NCBI GenBank assembly: GCA_038889075.1
Contig: JAWAHS010000002.1
Span: 268,930-332,929, forward strand
Source: Ignisphaera sp.
GTDB lineage: Archaea > Thermoproteota > Thermoprotei_A > Sulfolobales > Ignisphaeraceae
DNA: 64,000 nucleotides
Direction: 5' to 3'
Shown piece after piece: positions 1-9,290 of this stretch. Made by a program: the position numbers and the translations under genes. Position 1 is the first letter of the stretch; each line of letters begins with the position of its first letter. The notes below the pieces were generated by a model. The model ran no database searches. It was not told the origin of the DNA and worked only from the letters and a program-made list of their open reading frames with translations.

Positions 1-2
1 GA

Positions 3-839
3 AGAAAGTATCATCTGGATAAACCACTATATGAACAGCTGATACTTTATCTCAGAGATGTATTTAGTGGTGACTGGGGGACGTCTCCTATGAGTAAGAG
101 ACCTGTTCTAGTCGATATAGCAGAGTACTTTCCTGCAACTGTCGAGCTTGCAATAGTATCTAGCATTCTTCTAACCATTATCGGCATTCCTCTAGGCTTA
201 ATAGCAGCTCTTAAGAAGGATAGCACTATTGATCATTTCATAAGGGTGGTAGCCCTTATAGGTACTTCTGCTCCTGCTTTCTGGATTGCTATAGTTCTTC
301 AATGGATCTTCTATTATTACCTAGGGTTGCTTCCGGCAACGGGTAGGGGTATTCCACCTATCATAAGGTATACAGGTATGTACGTTTTTGATAGTCTTTT
401 AAATGGTAGCTTAGAGCTCTTTATAGAGAACTTGAAGCACATACTACTACCGAGTATAACTTTAGCTTTTACAGGGCTGGGAATAATAGCCAGAGTTGTA
501 AGGAATACCGCTCTTGATGTTCTATCTTCAGAGTTTATAGATTTTGCTAGAGCTAGAGGTTTATGGGGATTGCAACTATATAGACACGTATTAAAGAATG
601 CACTAATTCCGGTAATCACTATCTTGGCTCTTGAAATTGGATATATACTCAGTGGAGCTATTGTCATAGAAACAGTCTTCTCCTGGCCTGGTATAGGGCT
701 GTATGCAGTTAATGCTATAAATAGCCTCGATTATCCGGCAATCATGGGAATAACGCTATTGATAGGCCTCGTTTTTATATTCATAAACTTTGTTACAGAT
801 ATTGCATATGCTATAATAGATCCTAGGGTAAGGCTATGA
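3..839 (+). CDS. dppB: Opp/Dpp-type ABC transporter permease (DppB-like), 5'-truncated by window edge
   Basis: Frame is open from base 3 (RKYHLDKPLYEQ...GDWGTS) into ORF 90..839; EAA-like loop FARARGL and C-terminal DPRVR. Confidence 0.9.
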   Translation, partial: RKYHLDKPLYEQLILYLRDVFSGDWGTSPMSKRPVLVDIAEYFPATVELAIVSSILLTIIGIPLGLIAALKKDSTIDHFIRVVALIGTSAPAFWIAIVLQWIFYYYLGLLPATGRGIPPIIRYTGMYVFDSLLNGSLELFIENLKHILLPSITLAFTGLGIIARVVRNTALDVLSSEFIDFARARGLWGLQLYRHVLKNALIPVITILALEIGYILSGAIVIETVFSWPGIGLYAVNAINSLDYPAIMGITLLIGLVFIFINFVTDIAYAIIDPRVRL

Positions 840-1762
840 CACAGGGTTGGAAGAACCATAAGATTCTCGGTATCTCAAGACCTATTTCACAATTTATAAA
901 TGAGTGGAAGCTGATTTTTGCAGTTATTAGAAAGAGTCCCATAACCACTATAGGTCTTGCAATAGTTATGGGATTCGTAATATTGGGTATTGTAGGACCG
1001 TACATAACCCCGTACGATCCGATGACAATAGGTGTTACTGGCACTCTGAAAAGGTTACATCCTCCATGTCTAGAACACCCATTCGGAACCGATGAGTATG
1101 GAAGGGATTTACTTAGTAGAGTACTATATGGTGCCAGAATTTCACTAATAGCAGCACTATGTGTAATGACTCTAGCAGTCCCCATAGGTATTGTACTCGG
1201 CCTAGTTTCTGGATACTATGGAGGCATCATAGACGAGATTATCATGAGGGTAACAGATATATTTCTCTCATTTCCAGGGCTAGTTCTCGCAATTGCATTC
1301 AGTGCTTCACTTGGTGCAGGATTGACTTCAGCAATAATAGCACTTGCAGCTGTATGGTGGCCAGGCTATGTAAGGGTGATTAGAGCACAAGTTCTTGTAG
1401 TTAAGGAGATGCTATTTGTAGAGGCCGCCAAAGCTATTGGTGTAAAGACTAGTAGAATATTGTTTAGACATATTCTTCCAAACTCTATAACACCACTACT
1501 TGTTCTAATAACATTCGACTTTGGTTCTGTAATACTAGCAACTTCGGCACTATCATTTATAGGATTAGGTGCACAGCCACCAATACCGGAGTGGGGTAGG
1601 CTTATAGCGGATGGTAGAAAGTGGTTTCCGGAAAAGTGGTGGTATTCATTCTTTCCGGGCTTAGCTATACTGGTAACCGTTCTAGGCTTTAACCTTCTTG
1701 GTGATGGAATTAGAGATGTTATGGATCCAAGATATAGGAGGAGTATAGAGATAAAGGGATAG
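836..1762 (+). CDS. dppC: Opp/Dpp-type ABC transporter permease (DppC-like)
   Basis: HPFGTDEYGRD, EAAKAIG, HILPN, GDGIRDVMDPR motifs; 4-bp overlap with dppB. Confidence 0.92.
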   Translation: MTQGWKNHKILGISRPISQFINEWKLIFAVIRKSPITTIGLAIVMGFVILGIVGPYITPYDPMTIGVTGTLKRLHPPCLEHPFGTDEYGRDLLSRVLYGARISLIAALCVMTLAVPIGIVLGLVSGYYGGIIDEIIMRVTDIFLSFPGLVLAIAFSASLGAGLTSAIIALAAVWWPGYVRVIRAQVLVVKEMLFVEAAKAIGVKTSRILFRHILPNSITPLLVLITFDFGSVILATSALSFIGLGAQPPIPEWGRLIADGRKWFPEKWWYSFFPGLAILVTVLGFNLLGDGIRDVMDPRYRRSIEIKG

Positions 1763-1766
1763 GCAT

Positions 1767-2738
1767 ATGAAGAAGATACTTGAGGTTGAGGATCTAAGAG
1801 TGTACTTCTATACCTATAATGGTGTTGTTAGAGCAGTCGATGGAGTATCCTTTGAGGTTTACGAAGGTGAAGCAATGTGTATAGTTGGTGAAACAGGCTG
1901 TGGTAAGTCTGTTACAGCTAGAGCTATAACAAAGATGATTAGACCGCCTGGTAGGATTGTAAGTGGGAAAGTACTATTCAATGGCATCGATATAATGAAG
2001 TTACGTGAAGATGAGCTAAGCAAAATTAGGGGTCAGGATATAACGTACATCTATCAAGACCCATCAGCAGCTCTAGACCCACTCTATACGGCAGGTTACC
2101 ATGTTGCAGAGACGATTACATCACATAACACATGGATTAAGATTAGGGAAGCACTTAAAAGAGCTATAGAGCTATTTCGTGAAATTCTCATACCAGATCC
2201 TGAAGCGAGGATAAAGAGCTATCCCCATGAACTATCAGGAGGTATGAAACAGAGAGTCGTTATTGCTACTGCAGTTAGCAATTTTCCAAAGCTTATAATA
2301 GCTGACGAACCTACAACAGCGCTTGACGTAACTATACAGGCCCAGATACTAGATCTATTGAAGGAGTTGAGGAGAAAGTACAATTCATCTATCCTAATGA
2401 TAACTCATAATCTCGGTATAGTAGCAGAGGTGTGTGATAGAGTAATGGTAATGTATGCAGGAAAAGTAGTTGAAAAAGCATACACAGAGAGACTATTTGA
2501 AAATCCCTTTCATCCATATACAAGAGGGCTACTCAATGCTGTTCCAAATCCATATAAAAAGGTTACACGTTTAGAGACTATCCCTGGATCAGTTCCAGAT
2601 ATGATTAACATTCCGGAGGGCTGTAGATTCCGTCCAAGATGTCCCTACGCCACAAATAGATGTTTTAAGGAACCAGATCTAGTTGAAGTTGAAGATAACC
2701 ACTACGTATCATGCTGGCTTACCCCAAGGTGTAAGTGA
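1767..2738 (+). CDS. dppD: Opp/Dpp ABC transporter ATP-binding protein (DppD-like)
   Basis: Walker A GETGCGKS, LSGGM signature, DEPTT, C-terminal GCRFRPRC oligopeptide-ABC domain. Confidence 0.93.
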   Translation: MKKILEVEDLRVYFYTYNGVVRAVDGVSFEVYEGEAMCIVGETGCGKSVTARAITKMIRPPGRIVSGKVLFNGIDIMKLREDELSKIRGQDITYIYQDPSAALDPLYTAGYHVAETITSHNTWIKIREALKRAIELFREILIPDPEARIKSYPHELSGGMKQRVVIATAVSNFPKLIIADEPTTALDVTIQAQILDLLKELRRKYNSSILMITHNLGIVAEVCDRVMVMYAGKVVEKAYTERLFENPFHPYTRGLLNAVPNPYKKVTRLETIPGSVPDMINIPEGCRFRPRCPYATNRCFKEPDLVEVEDNHYVSCWLTPRCK

Positions 2739-2739
2739 T

Positions 2740-3711
2740 ATGGATGAGGCTATACTTGTTGTAAGAAACCTTAGGAAGTACTTCCCTGTAAAAGGGATAT
2801 TTTTTACAAAAGGCTATATCAGGGCTGTTGATAAAATATCATTCACAGTTCCGAAGGGATCGACACTTGCACTTGTTGGTGAAAGTGGTAGTGGGAAGTC
2901 GACGGTTGGAAGACTTGTGCTAAGATTGATTGAGCCCGATGACGGTGAGATACTATTTGATGGTGTAGACGTAAGGAAGTTAAAGAATACAAAACTTCTC
3001 GAATTTAGAAGAAGAACGTCTATAGTATTTCAGGATCCATATAGTAGCTTGAATCCTAGAATGACCATATACGATATCATGAAGGAGCCTATAGAGACAC
3101 ACGGTATAGATGTAGGAGATGAAGAAGAGTACATTGTAAAGTTACTTGAAAGGGTAGGTCTTGGAAGAGAGCACCTACATAGATTTCCACACGAGTTTAG
3201 CGGTGGTCAAAGGCAGAGAATAGCAATTGCAAGGGCACTAGCACTCAAACCCGACCTCATAGTACTTGATGAACCTACCTCCTCACTTGATGTATCCGTA
3301 CAGGCTCAGATACTAAATATCCTCAGAGAATTACAGGAATATTACAAGCTTACCTATCTATTCATAACACATGATCTAGGCGTTGTTAGATACATAGCTA
3401 GCAGAGTAGCTGTAATGTACCTGGGCAAGATAGTAGAGATCTCAGATACAGAAAGTATATTTAACAACAGCTATCATCCATATACAAAAATGCTCTTATC
3501 GTCGATACCAGTACCTGATCCAAAGATAGCTAAAGTAAGAGAAAAAATAAAACTTGTGGGTGAACCACCAAGTCCACTGAATCCTCCACCGGGTTGTAGG
3601 TTTCACCCCAGGTGTCCCTATGCCATAGATGTGTGTAGGAAGGAGGAACCACCAATAATAGATATTGAAAAGAATCATGTTGTATCGTGCTGGCTATATA
3701 CTAAGAGATAG
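2740..3711 (+). CDS. dppF: Opp/Dpp ABC transporter ATP-binding protein (DppF-like)
   Basis: GESGSGKS, FSGGQRQR, DEPTS, GCRFHPRC; ATG at 2740 directly after the dppD stop is preferred over 2683. Confidence 0.93.
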   Translation: MDEAILVVRNLRKYFPVKGIFFTKGYIRAVDKISFTVPKGSTLALVGESGSGKSTVGRLVLRLIEPDDGEILFDGVDVRKLKNTKLLEFRRRTSIVFQDPYSSLNPRMTIYDIMKEPIETHGIDVGDEEEYIVKLLERVGLGREHLHRFPHEFSGGQRQRIAIARALALKPDLIVLDEPTSSLDVSVQAQILNILRELQEYYKLTYLFITHDLGVVRYIASRVAVMYLGKIVEISDTESIFNNSYHPYTKMLLSSIPVPDPKIAKVREKIKLVGEPPSPLNPPPGCRFHPRCPYAIDVCRKEEPPIIDIEKNHVVSCWLYTKR

Positions 3712-4576
3712 AGAGATTAGCTTGTTTCATAAGGAATCTATAGACAGATCCCCATATTCTACCATCGTTTCTCATTTTATTCTCAAAATTATTTATACCC
3801 ATCCAGAGCTCTAAGGCCTTTATTGTATCTTCATTGAGTACCCCATTTACCTCGCCCTTATAGTGTCCTAACCTCATCAATGCTAACTGAATATTGTATG
3901 CAACTTCACTAAGGCTATATACATCGGATGGATCTTCCCTTTCAAGTATTGTCAGCTCCCAAATTTCAAAAAGTCTGATAAGCTCGTTAACGGGATCGGG
4001 ATGGTCATCTACTCTAAGATCTACATACTTATCAACACCCTCTAAACATCCACCATAGCCACCGCATGGCCTTAGGACGATGATTGCAGCACTCTGCTTA
4101 CCCCGTCTATCACCTCCGGCACTATCACCAGCTTTGAGAGCGGCTAGCAGCTTATCAACAAGTTCCCCCTTGGTAGTTTCATATGCTTTAGCCATAGCTT
4201 CTAAAATCTCTTCACCTACAAGTATATTACCTTGAACAGTAAAGTTGTCGCCAATAATATGACCTGCATAGGGGATACAACTGGCGCCTGTATATGCATA
4301 TGCTTCACCCTTTATACTCACAACACCTACCTGTCTATGCTCTCTTCTAGGATCACTTGACAATACAAATTCTACAGCTTGTTTGGGTGTATAGTGGTTC
4401 TCAAGAAGATAGAGTATGGTAGGACCAAACTTGACATTAGCCCAGGCTTGTGTTGCTACCGCACCGATACCTACCTTAACCCATGGCACAACGGAGCCTA
4501 CAGATATAAACTTAGATGCTACAGCGACGCCTACATCTCCTTTCTCCTTATCTACTGCTACTATCGAAAATGTCAT
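3701..4576 (-). CDS. DUF1028 family Ntn-hydrolase-like protein with C-terminal peptidoglycan-binding-like helical domain
   Basis: Starts MTFSIVA (family-typical), GAVATQA, GGDRRGKQSAA, DLRVDDHPDPV; tail IQLALMRLGHYKGEVNG. Confidence 0.85.
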   Translation of the reverse strand: MTFSIVAVDKEKGDVGVAVASKFISVGSVVPWVKVGIGAVATQAWANVKFGPTILYLLENHYTPKQAVEFVLSSDPRREHRQVGVVSIKGEAYAYTGASCIPYAGHIIGDNFTVQGNILVGEEILEAMAKAYETTKGELVDKLLAALKAGDSAGGDRRGKQSAAIIVLRPCGGYGGCLEGVDKYVDLRVDDHPDPVNELIRLFEIWELTILEREDPSDVYSLSEVAYNIQLALMRLGHYKGEVNGVLNEDTIKALELWMGINNFENKMRNDGRIWGSVYRFLMKQANLSIS

Positions 4577-5136
4577 AGATGGCACCAGACACATCTAACA
4601 ACAAATAGAGGTTAAAAAACGTAGTGATATATTGTAGACTATATTGAACTGCTGTGTAAACGCTATATCTGTAGCTTTTCATACATCTGAAAAATCTTGG
4701 TATTCTAGATAAAGAGGAGGTATATATATTAGATCTCAAAGGATACGCTGTAGAAAATATTGAGATTAACAAGACGACATTCCATATGTGCATCCTTATA
4801 TGGCTTACTATAATAAGAGGAGCAAGAATATGTGGAGGATATCTATAGATTCTATAGATGTAAAAACCCTTCTATATGTATATTTCCTAACAAAACTTGA
4901 TCTAGGGGAACATCGAGGGTGTCGAGACGAAATTACGGGTCTACAATGTGTAGAAACTTTCGTTAGACCTTTAATTTTAGCATAGCATTTTGCATCTTGA
5001 CATAAGGCTAAAGAGCTATTCCGGAAAGTATTAGGTGCTGTGTCAATATGACGGGTTTGGTAGCTGTTTCTTTTCTCTAGGTTTTTGTATGTCTCTCTAG
5101 GGTGTTTAGAGCTCTTGGTGTGATTGGGTTAGGCAA

Positions 5137-5148
5137 GGTTTATAAACC
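5137..5148. promoter_or_regulatory. Perfect 12-bp palindrome GGTTTATAAACC containing a TATA box
   Basis: TTTATAAA core ~25 nt upstream of the start of the structured RNA at ~5171. Confidence 0.6.
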
Positions 5149-5170
5149 AATGGGTGCATATAGATGCTCT

Positions 5171-5332
5171 GGTGACCCTGGGTTTCCGAGACCCATGGCA
5201 GACCGTGGGGAGGGGGCTCAGGGAAACCGTGATGACCCGCCCTAGGAAAACCTACAGAAACCTTGGGACGGGAAACGGTGCTGAATCTTCAGAACTACTT
5301 ATAACCCCTAATAATAGGGTTATTTTAGATGG
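5171..5332 (+). ncRNA. Structured ncRNA (omegaRNA/sotRNA-like, with K-turn / C-box motif)
   Basis: Helices CCCTGGGT(5176)/GCTCAGGG(5216), CCCATGG(5192)/CCGTGGG(5203), ACCGT(5226)/ACGGT(5275), CCCG(5236)/CGGG(5269); GTGATGA at 5229 and CTGA at 5281. Confidence 0.55.
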
Positions 5333-5366
5333 AGAAGCCAACTTTAAATATATTGGTGGATATTAA

Positions 5367-5654
5367 ATGTATTTAGAGAAATTGGGATTCATACTCATAC
5401 TAATAGGAATAGTCATAGCATTTATAGCCATTCTAATTCCTTTATTTACAATACCGCTTACTGGAGATATTAAGATATCAGGTGGAGGTTGTATAATACT
5501 ATTCTTTATACCAATATGTTTTGGCTATGGAGAATTTGCAATACAGCTAATAATGCTAGCTATAGCCCTAGCTATAGTATTAGCTATAGTATACCTTGTC
5601 ATTTATAAAACATCTATAGGTGCACTTAAACGAGAGAAAGCTGAGTATATATAG
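5367..5654 (+). CDS. DUF131 family small membrane protein
   Basis: Hydrophobic helices around GGGCIILFFIPICFG motif. Confidence 0.75.
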   Translation: MYLEKLGFILILIGIVIAFIAILIPLFTIPLTGDIKISGGGCIILFFIPICFGYGEFAIQLIMLAIALAIVLAIVYLVIYKTSIGALKREKAEYI

Positions 5655-5747
5655 TATATATAATAGGGTATGGGATTGCCTTATAGAATGCGTAAATCTG
5701 TGAAACAGTCTCGTAAAGATTTAGTATAGGTATGGAGGTGTATAGAA

Positions 5748-6164
5748 ATGCATAGATGTATTCATTTAAGAGGTAGAGTATTTTCTGGAATTGGCGAAGG
5801 TAGGATATACGTTGGATTGTACAGAGATTTGATAAAGCAGGTCCTTGGTATAGATCCGTATCCAGGGACATTGAATATAGCACTAGATAACGCTTACATT
5901 ACTGTAGCAGCAAAGCTGTTTAAATCAAATCCACACTTCATTATAGAACCCCCTGCACCATCTCTTGGAAAGGGATTTGTGTGGAAGGCGTATATAGAAG
6001 ATGTAGAGTGTTTTATTGTTAGACCATCTATAACGATATACAGCTTTGATGTTATTGAGGTTATTTCTAGTAAGATGCTGAGGAAATATCTTGGACTCGT
6101 TGACGGATCTTCCATTGAAATCAAGGTACCTCTTAATGCTAATGATGGATGTTGGAATCTGTAG
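5748..6164 (+). CDS. ribK: CTP-dependent riboflavin kinase (archaeal)
   Basis: GRVFSGIGEG and PYPGTLNI motifs; IEVISSKMLRKYLGLVDG C-terminus. Confidence 0.88.
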   Translation: MHRCIHLRGRVFSGIGEGRIYVGLYRDLIKQVLGIDPYPGTLNIALDNAYITVAAKLFKSNPHFIIEPPAPSLGKGFVWKAYIEDVECFIVRPSITIYSFDVIEVISSKMLRKYLGLVDGSSIEIKVPLNANDGCWNL

Positions 6165-6206
6165 GGGTATCAACCTATAAATAGGTTATTCTAATTTATC
6201 GTAAAT

Positions 6207-7133
6207 GTGACAAGGTGTTTGGAAATGAAGAGTATTTTAGATACCATTGGTAACACCCCTCTTGTTAGACTACAGAAGATCAACCCATTTACAGAAGTTG
6301 AAATTTTTGCTAAACTGGAGTTCTTCAATCCTACGGGTAGTCATAAAGATAGGATAGCACTTTATATGATTAAGGATGCGATTCAGAGATTTGGTTTAAA
6401 GCCTGGTGATGTTGTTGTTGAGGCTTCCAGCGGTAATACAGCCATATCCGTTGCCTTTATTGCTCAGAGATTTGGTTTAAAGCCTTTGATAGTTATTCCT
6501 AGAGGTACAAGCAGGAGTAAAGTTGTTGTACTGAAAATGTTGGGAGCTGAAATTATTGAGGGCAGCGACAACCCCTCTTCTGAGGACTACTACATAAAGC
6601 TTGCAGAAAAACTCGCAAAGAAATACGGTTGGGTGTTCCTAAACCAATATTCAAATCCGGCAAACGCTCTTGCTCACTATGAAACTACAGCTGTTGAAAT
6701 CTGGAACTCATTGAACGGAGCTATCGATGCATTTGTAATGGGTGTAGGAACGGGTGGTACTATTACAGGTGTTGGAAGATTTCTAAAAGAGAGGAAAAGA
6801 GGTAGTGTGCTTATAGTTGCCGTAACACCTAAAGGCTCACCGCTTGCTGGAGGTTCTATTGGTGATAGAATAGAAGGTCTTCTCTATACAGACATACCAC
6901 AATTACTGGATAGGAAAATTATAGATAGAGTTATCGAGGTATCATATAGAGAGGCAATGGATATGTGCATAAAACTGGCAAAGGAGGAGGGTATACTAGC
7001 TGGATTATCATCAGCAGCAAATGTTGTTGGAGCATTGAAAATTGCAGAAGAGATTAAGAAAGGGAATATAGTTACTGTGTTTGCAGATTCGGCATTTAGA
7101 TATATGGACGACATTGCTAGGCAATTTGGATAG
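6207..7133 (+). CDS. PLP-dependent cysteine synthase / cystathionine beta-synthase family protein
   Basis: IGNTPLVRL, NPTGSHKDR (PLP Lys), ASSGNT, NQYSNPAN, GVGTGGT; true start may be ATG 6225. Confidence 0.9.
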   Translation: MTRCLEMKSILDTIGNTPLVRLQKINPFTEVEIFAKLEFFNPTGSHKDRIALYMIKDAIQRFGLKPGDVVVEASSGNTAISVAFIAQRFGLKPLIVIPRGTSRSKVVVLKMLGAEIIEGSDNPSSEDYYIKLAEKLAKKYGWVFLNQYSNPANALAHYETTAVEIWNSLNGAIDAFVMGVGTGGTITGVGRFLKERKRGSVLIVAVTPKGSPLAGGSIGDRIEGLLYTDIPQLLDRKIIDRVIEVSYREAMDMCIKLAKEEGILAGLSSAANVVGALKIAEEIKKGNIVTVFADSAFRYMDDIARQFG

Positions 7134-7276
7134 TATTAAAATTAAATGATCCTCATTTCCTTTCCTAATTGCATTAGAAGTATACGAATTTTACAGAAAT
7201 CATCCAGTTTTTGGTAGTGATGGGAATAGCGTTTCGATATCTATTAATTGAATTCAATATAAAATGTCCGATTTTG

Positions 7277-7927
7277 CTATCGTTTCAGATATATTGCTAG
7301 GGCTCTCACTATATCTGCAGCATCTTCCTCGTAATCGGTTACGCTCTCTATGGATTCTATAAAATCTTTTAGAAAGATTATGGTAATCTGATTCTGAATC
7401 TTATTGCTATACGTAATTAGATTCTTTCTTACATTATGTAGCAATTCATCGGCCTTTTCCTCCAGAGATTCGACCTCTTTACATGCCTCGACAGTTGAAC
7501 CGTATTCTTCTCTCTTAATAAAATCCAAGGCCTCTACTATTTTTTCAACTCCTTTTACAGATATCTTAACCATTTCCTGTATATAGCTTCTAATCGAAGC
7601 CGGTATCTCCATATATGGAATGAGATCGAGGTATCTAATACTTTCCTTAGCCCATTCAGAAACTCTATCAAGCATTCTTAATATGTTTAGTATATATCCC
7701 CTAGCTATAGAATCTTTAATGGCTACAAGCGTATTTTCTATGAGCTCTCTTCTATATCTATCCGCTTCGGTATCGATACTTATGGCCTTTGCAAGCTCAA
7801 TCCTGGCTTCACCGGGTCTTAGCGAATCTATGTAGTTAAGAGAATTTGATATACATTTAACTATATTGCTAACCATAGAACTGTATCTATGTACGCTATC
7901 AAGCATTTGCTGCAGTTCTTCACTCAT
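7277..7927 (-). CDS. DUF47 / PhoU-like phosphate transport regulator
   Basis: Helical repeats with EADRYRR and EEKADELLH...DYEEDAAD; divergent from a PiT gene. Confidence 0.82.
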   Translation of the reverse strand: MSEELQQMLDSVHRYSSMVSNIVKCISNSLNYIDSLRPGEARIELAKAISIDTEADRYRRELIENTLVAIKDSIARGYILNILRMLDRVSEWAKESIRYLDLIPYMEIPASIRSYIQEMVKISVKGVEKIVEALDFIKREEYGSTVEACKEVESLEEKADELLHNVRKNLITYSNKIQNQITIIFLKDFIESIESVTDYEEDAADIVRALAIYLKR

Positions 7928-8058
7928 TTGGAATTCCTCAGTAGGATGTATTACGCTAACTGCATATAACCTTAATTAATACATATCTATACTAGTCTGA
8001 TACATATTTATATAGGTAGAGTATAGAGTAGTATAACTATACTGTATCATTAGATGCG

Positions 8059-9192
8059 ATGATAGATGGTGATGTTATGGATTGGTCTTTAACAGCTCTA
8101 GTACCTCTCGCAGTAGTTTTAGCTATAATGGATGGACTAAACAATGCAGCAAATGCAATAGGCTGGGCTATTGGAGGTGGTGTGGTTGGATTAAAGAAAG
8201 CACTATTAATAGCATCTGTATTTGAAGTTATTGGAGGCATTGCATTCGGATTCTATATAATTGATACGGTTAGTTATAGACTTATAACGGATCCGGTGGT
8301 GTTAAACAACATGATACCACCATTAGCAGTATACATTTCATCAATTATATGGAGTGCTCTTGCATCAATTGTTAAGATCCCAATATCGTTTTCAATGGCT
8401 ATAATTGGTAGTATTATAGGCACCATAGCTACTCATAGTACAGCTTATATAGATTGGAATATGGTTCTGCATATATTCACTGGATGGGTTGCTGCATTCA
8501 TGGTATCAACCATATTGACAGCTCTTTTTCTCGGAATTAGTGACATTATTGGGAGGTACCGGGGTGTAAATACATATTTTGAAGGAGTTTTTATAGCGTT
8601 ATTGTTCACTCTACTTATCTCAAAACCGCTGCAACCCTACATCTCTAATAGATCCATTCTAATGTTAGTTATTTTTATAGTTCTATATGTGGTGCTATAT
8701 GTCACGTATAGATGTAGTAGAGGTGCACAAATATTAGTCTCAGTAATCCTAGTGTCGATAATGCATGGTGCTAATGATTCAGCTCTCATATCGTCAATCC
8801 TTATACTATATGGTATAGATGGATATGGTGGTATACCGATGCTCATCTCTTCCCTAGGGATAGCTATAGGCATTTTATTATGGGGACACCGAGTAGTCAA
8901 TACCTTTGCAAGCAGTATATCGTTTCTAGATATACGCTATATTAGTAAAATATACACCTCTGAATTCATTGCAATAGCACTCCTGTTAAGATTAGGTCTT
9001 CCAACACCTATTTCAATAGTAACTATAGGTGCTCTAATAGGATTTGGTGCGTACAGAGGTGTGGATATTATTAGACTGGACTATATTGTAAGGTGCATAT
9101 TTATAACACTTGCCTCAATACCGGTTTGCATACTACTATCACATGTAGTTACAATCATAGCAAGATACTATCTGGTCTACCAAATATTTTGA
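8059..9192 (+). CDS. PiT family inorganic phosphate transporter
   Basis: Signature repeats DGLNNAANAIG and HGANDS, LPTPIS; polytopic membrane protein; paired with DUF47. Confidence 0.85.
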   Translation: MIDGDVMDWSLTALVPLAVVLAIMDGLNNAANAIGWAIGGGVVGLKKALLIASVFEVIGGIAFGFYIIDTVSYRLITDPVVLNNMIPPLAVYISSIIWSALASIVKIPISFSMAIIGSIIGTIATHSTAYIDWNMVLHIFTGWVAAFMVSTILTALFLGISDIIGRYRGVNTYFEGVFIALLFTLLISKPLQPYISNRSILMLVIFIVLYVVLYVTYRCSRGAQILVSVILVSIMHGANDSALISSILILYGIDGYGGIPMLISSLGIAIGILLWGHRVVNTFASSISFLDIRYISKIYTSEFIAIALLLRLGLPTPISIVTIGALIGFGAYRGVDIIRLDYIVRCIFITLASIPVCILLSHVVTIIARYYLVYQIF

Positions 9193-9290
9193 ATACCAAT
9201 AGAGGTGCAACTATGTAGTTGACCATTTCGAGTAGTGTGTCGGTGAAAAAATGTTTTGGATAAAAATCTGTAATCTGCCACAATTCTAGC

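Larger units (their letters stand above)
5053..5332 (+). mobile_element. Putative non-autonomous remnant of a TnpB-bearing IS (IS200/IS605/IS607 superfamily) retaining the right-end/omegaRNA module
   Basis: GT-rich left part with TCTCTAGG direct repeats (5074, 5094), TATA palindrome, GC-rich stem-loops 5176-5279, terminal hairpin 5301-5323, ends ...AGATGG; the translation resembles Thermoprotei TnpB C-terminal tails as recalled; left boundary uncertain. Confidence 0.55.

Noticed and set aside
5171-5290. RNase P RNA or SRP RNA
   Set aside because: Lacks the GAGGAAAGUCC/P4 consensus and the SRP helix-8 motif, and is too short. A plain C/D sRNA is also unlikely because the region between GTGATGA and CTGA is base-paired rather than free guides
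5154-5366. 70-aa ORF as a real protein gene
   Set aside because: It overlaps a highly structured GC-rich element and is better explained as a residual tnpB tail or RNA
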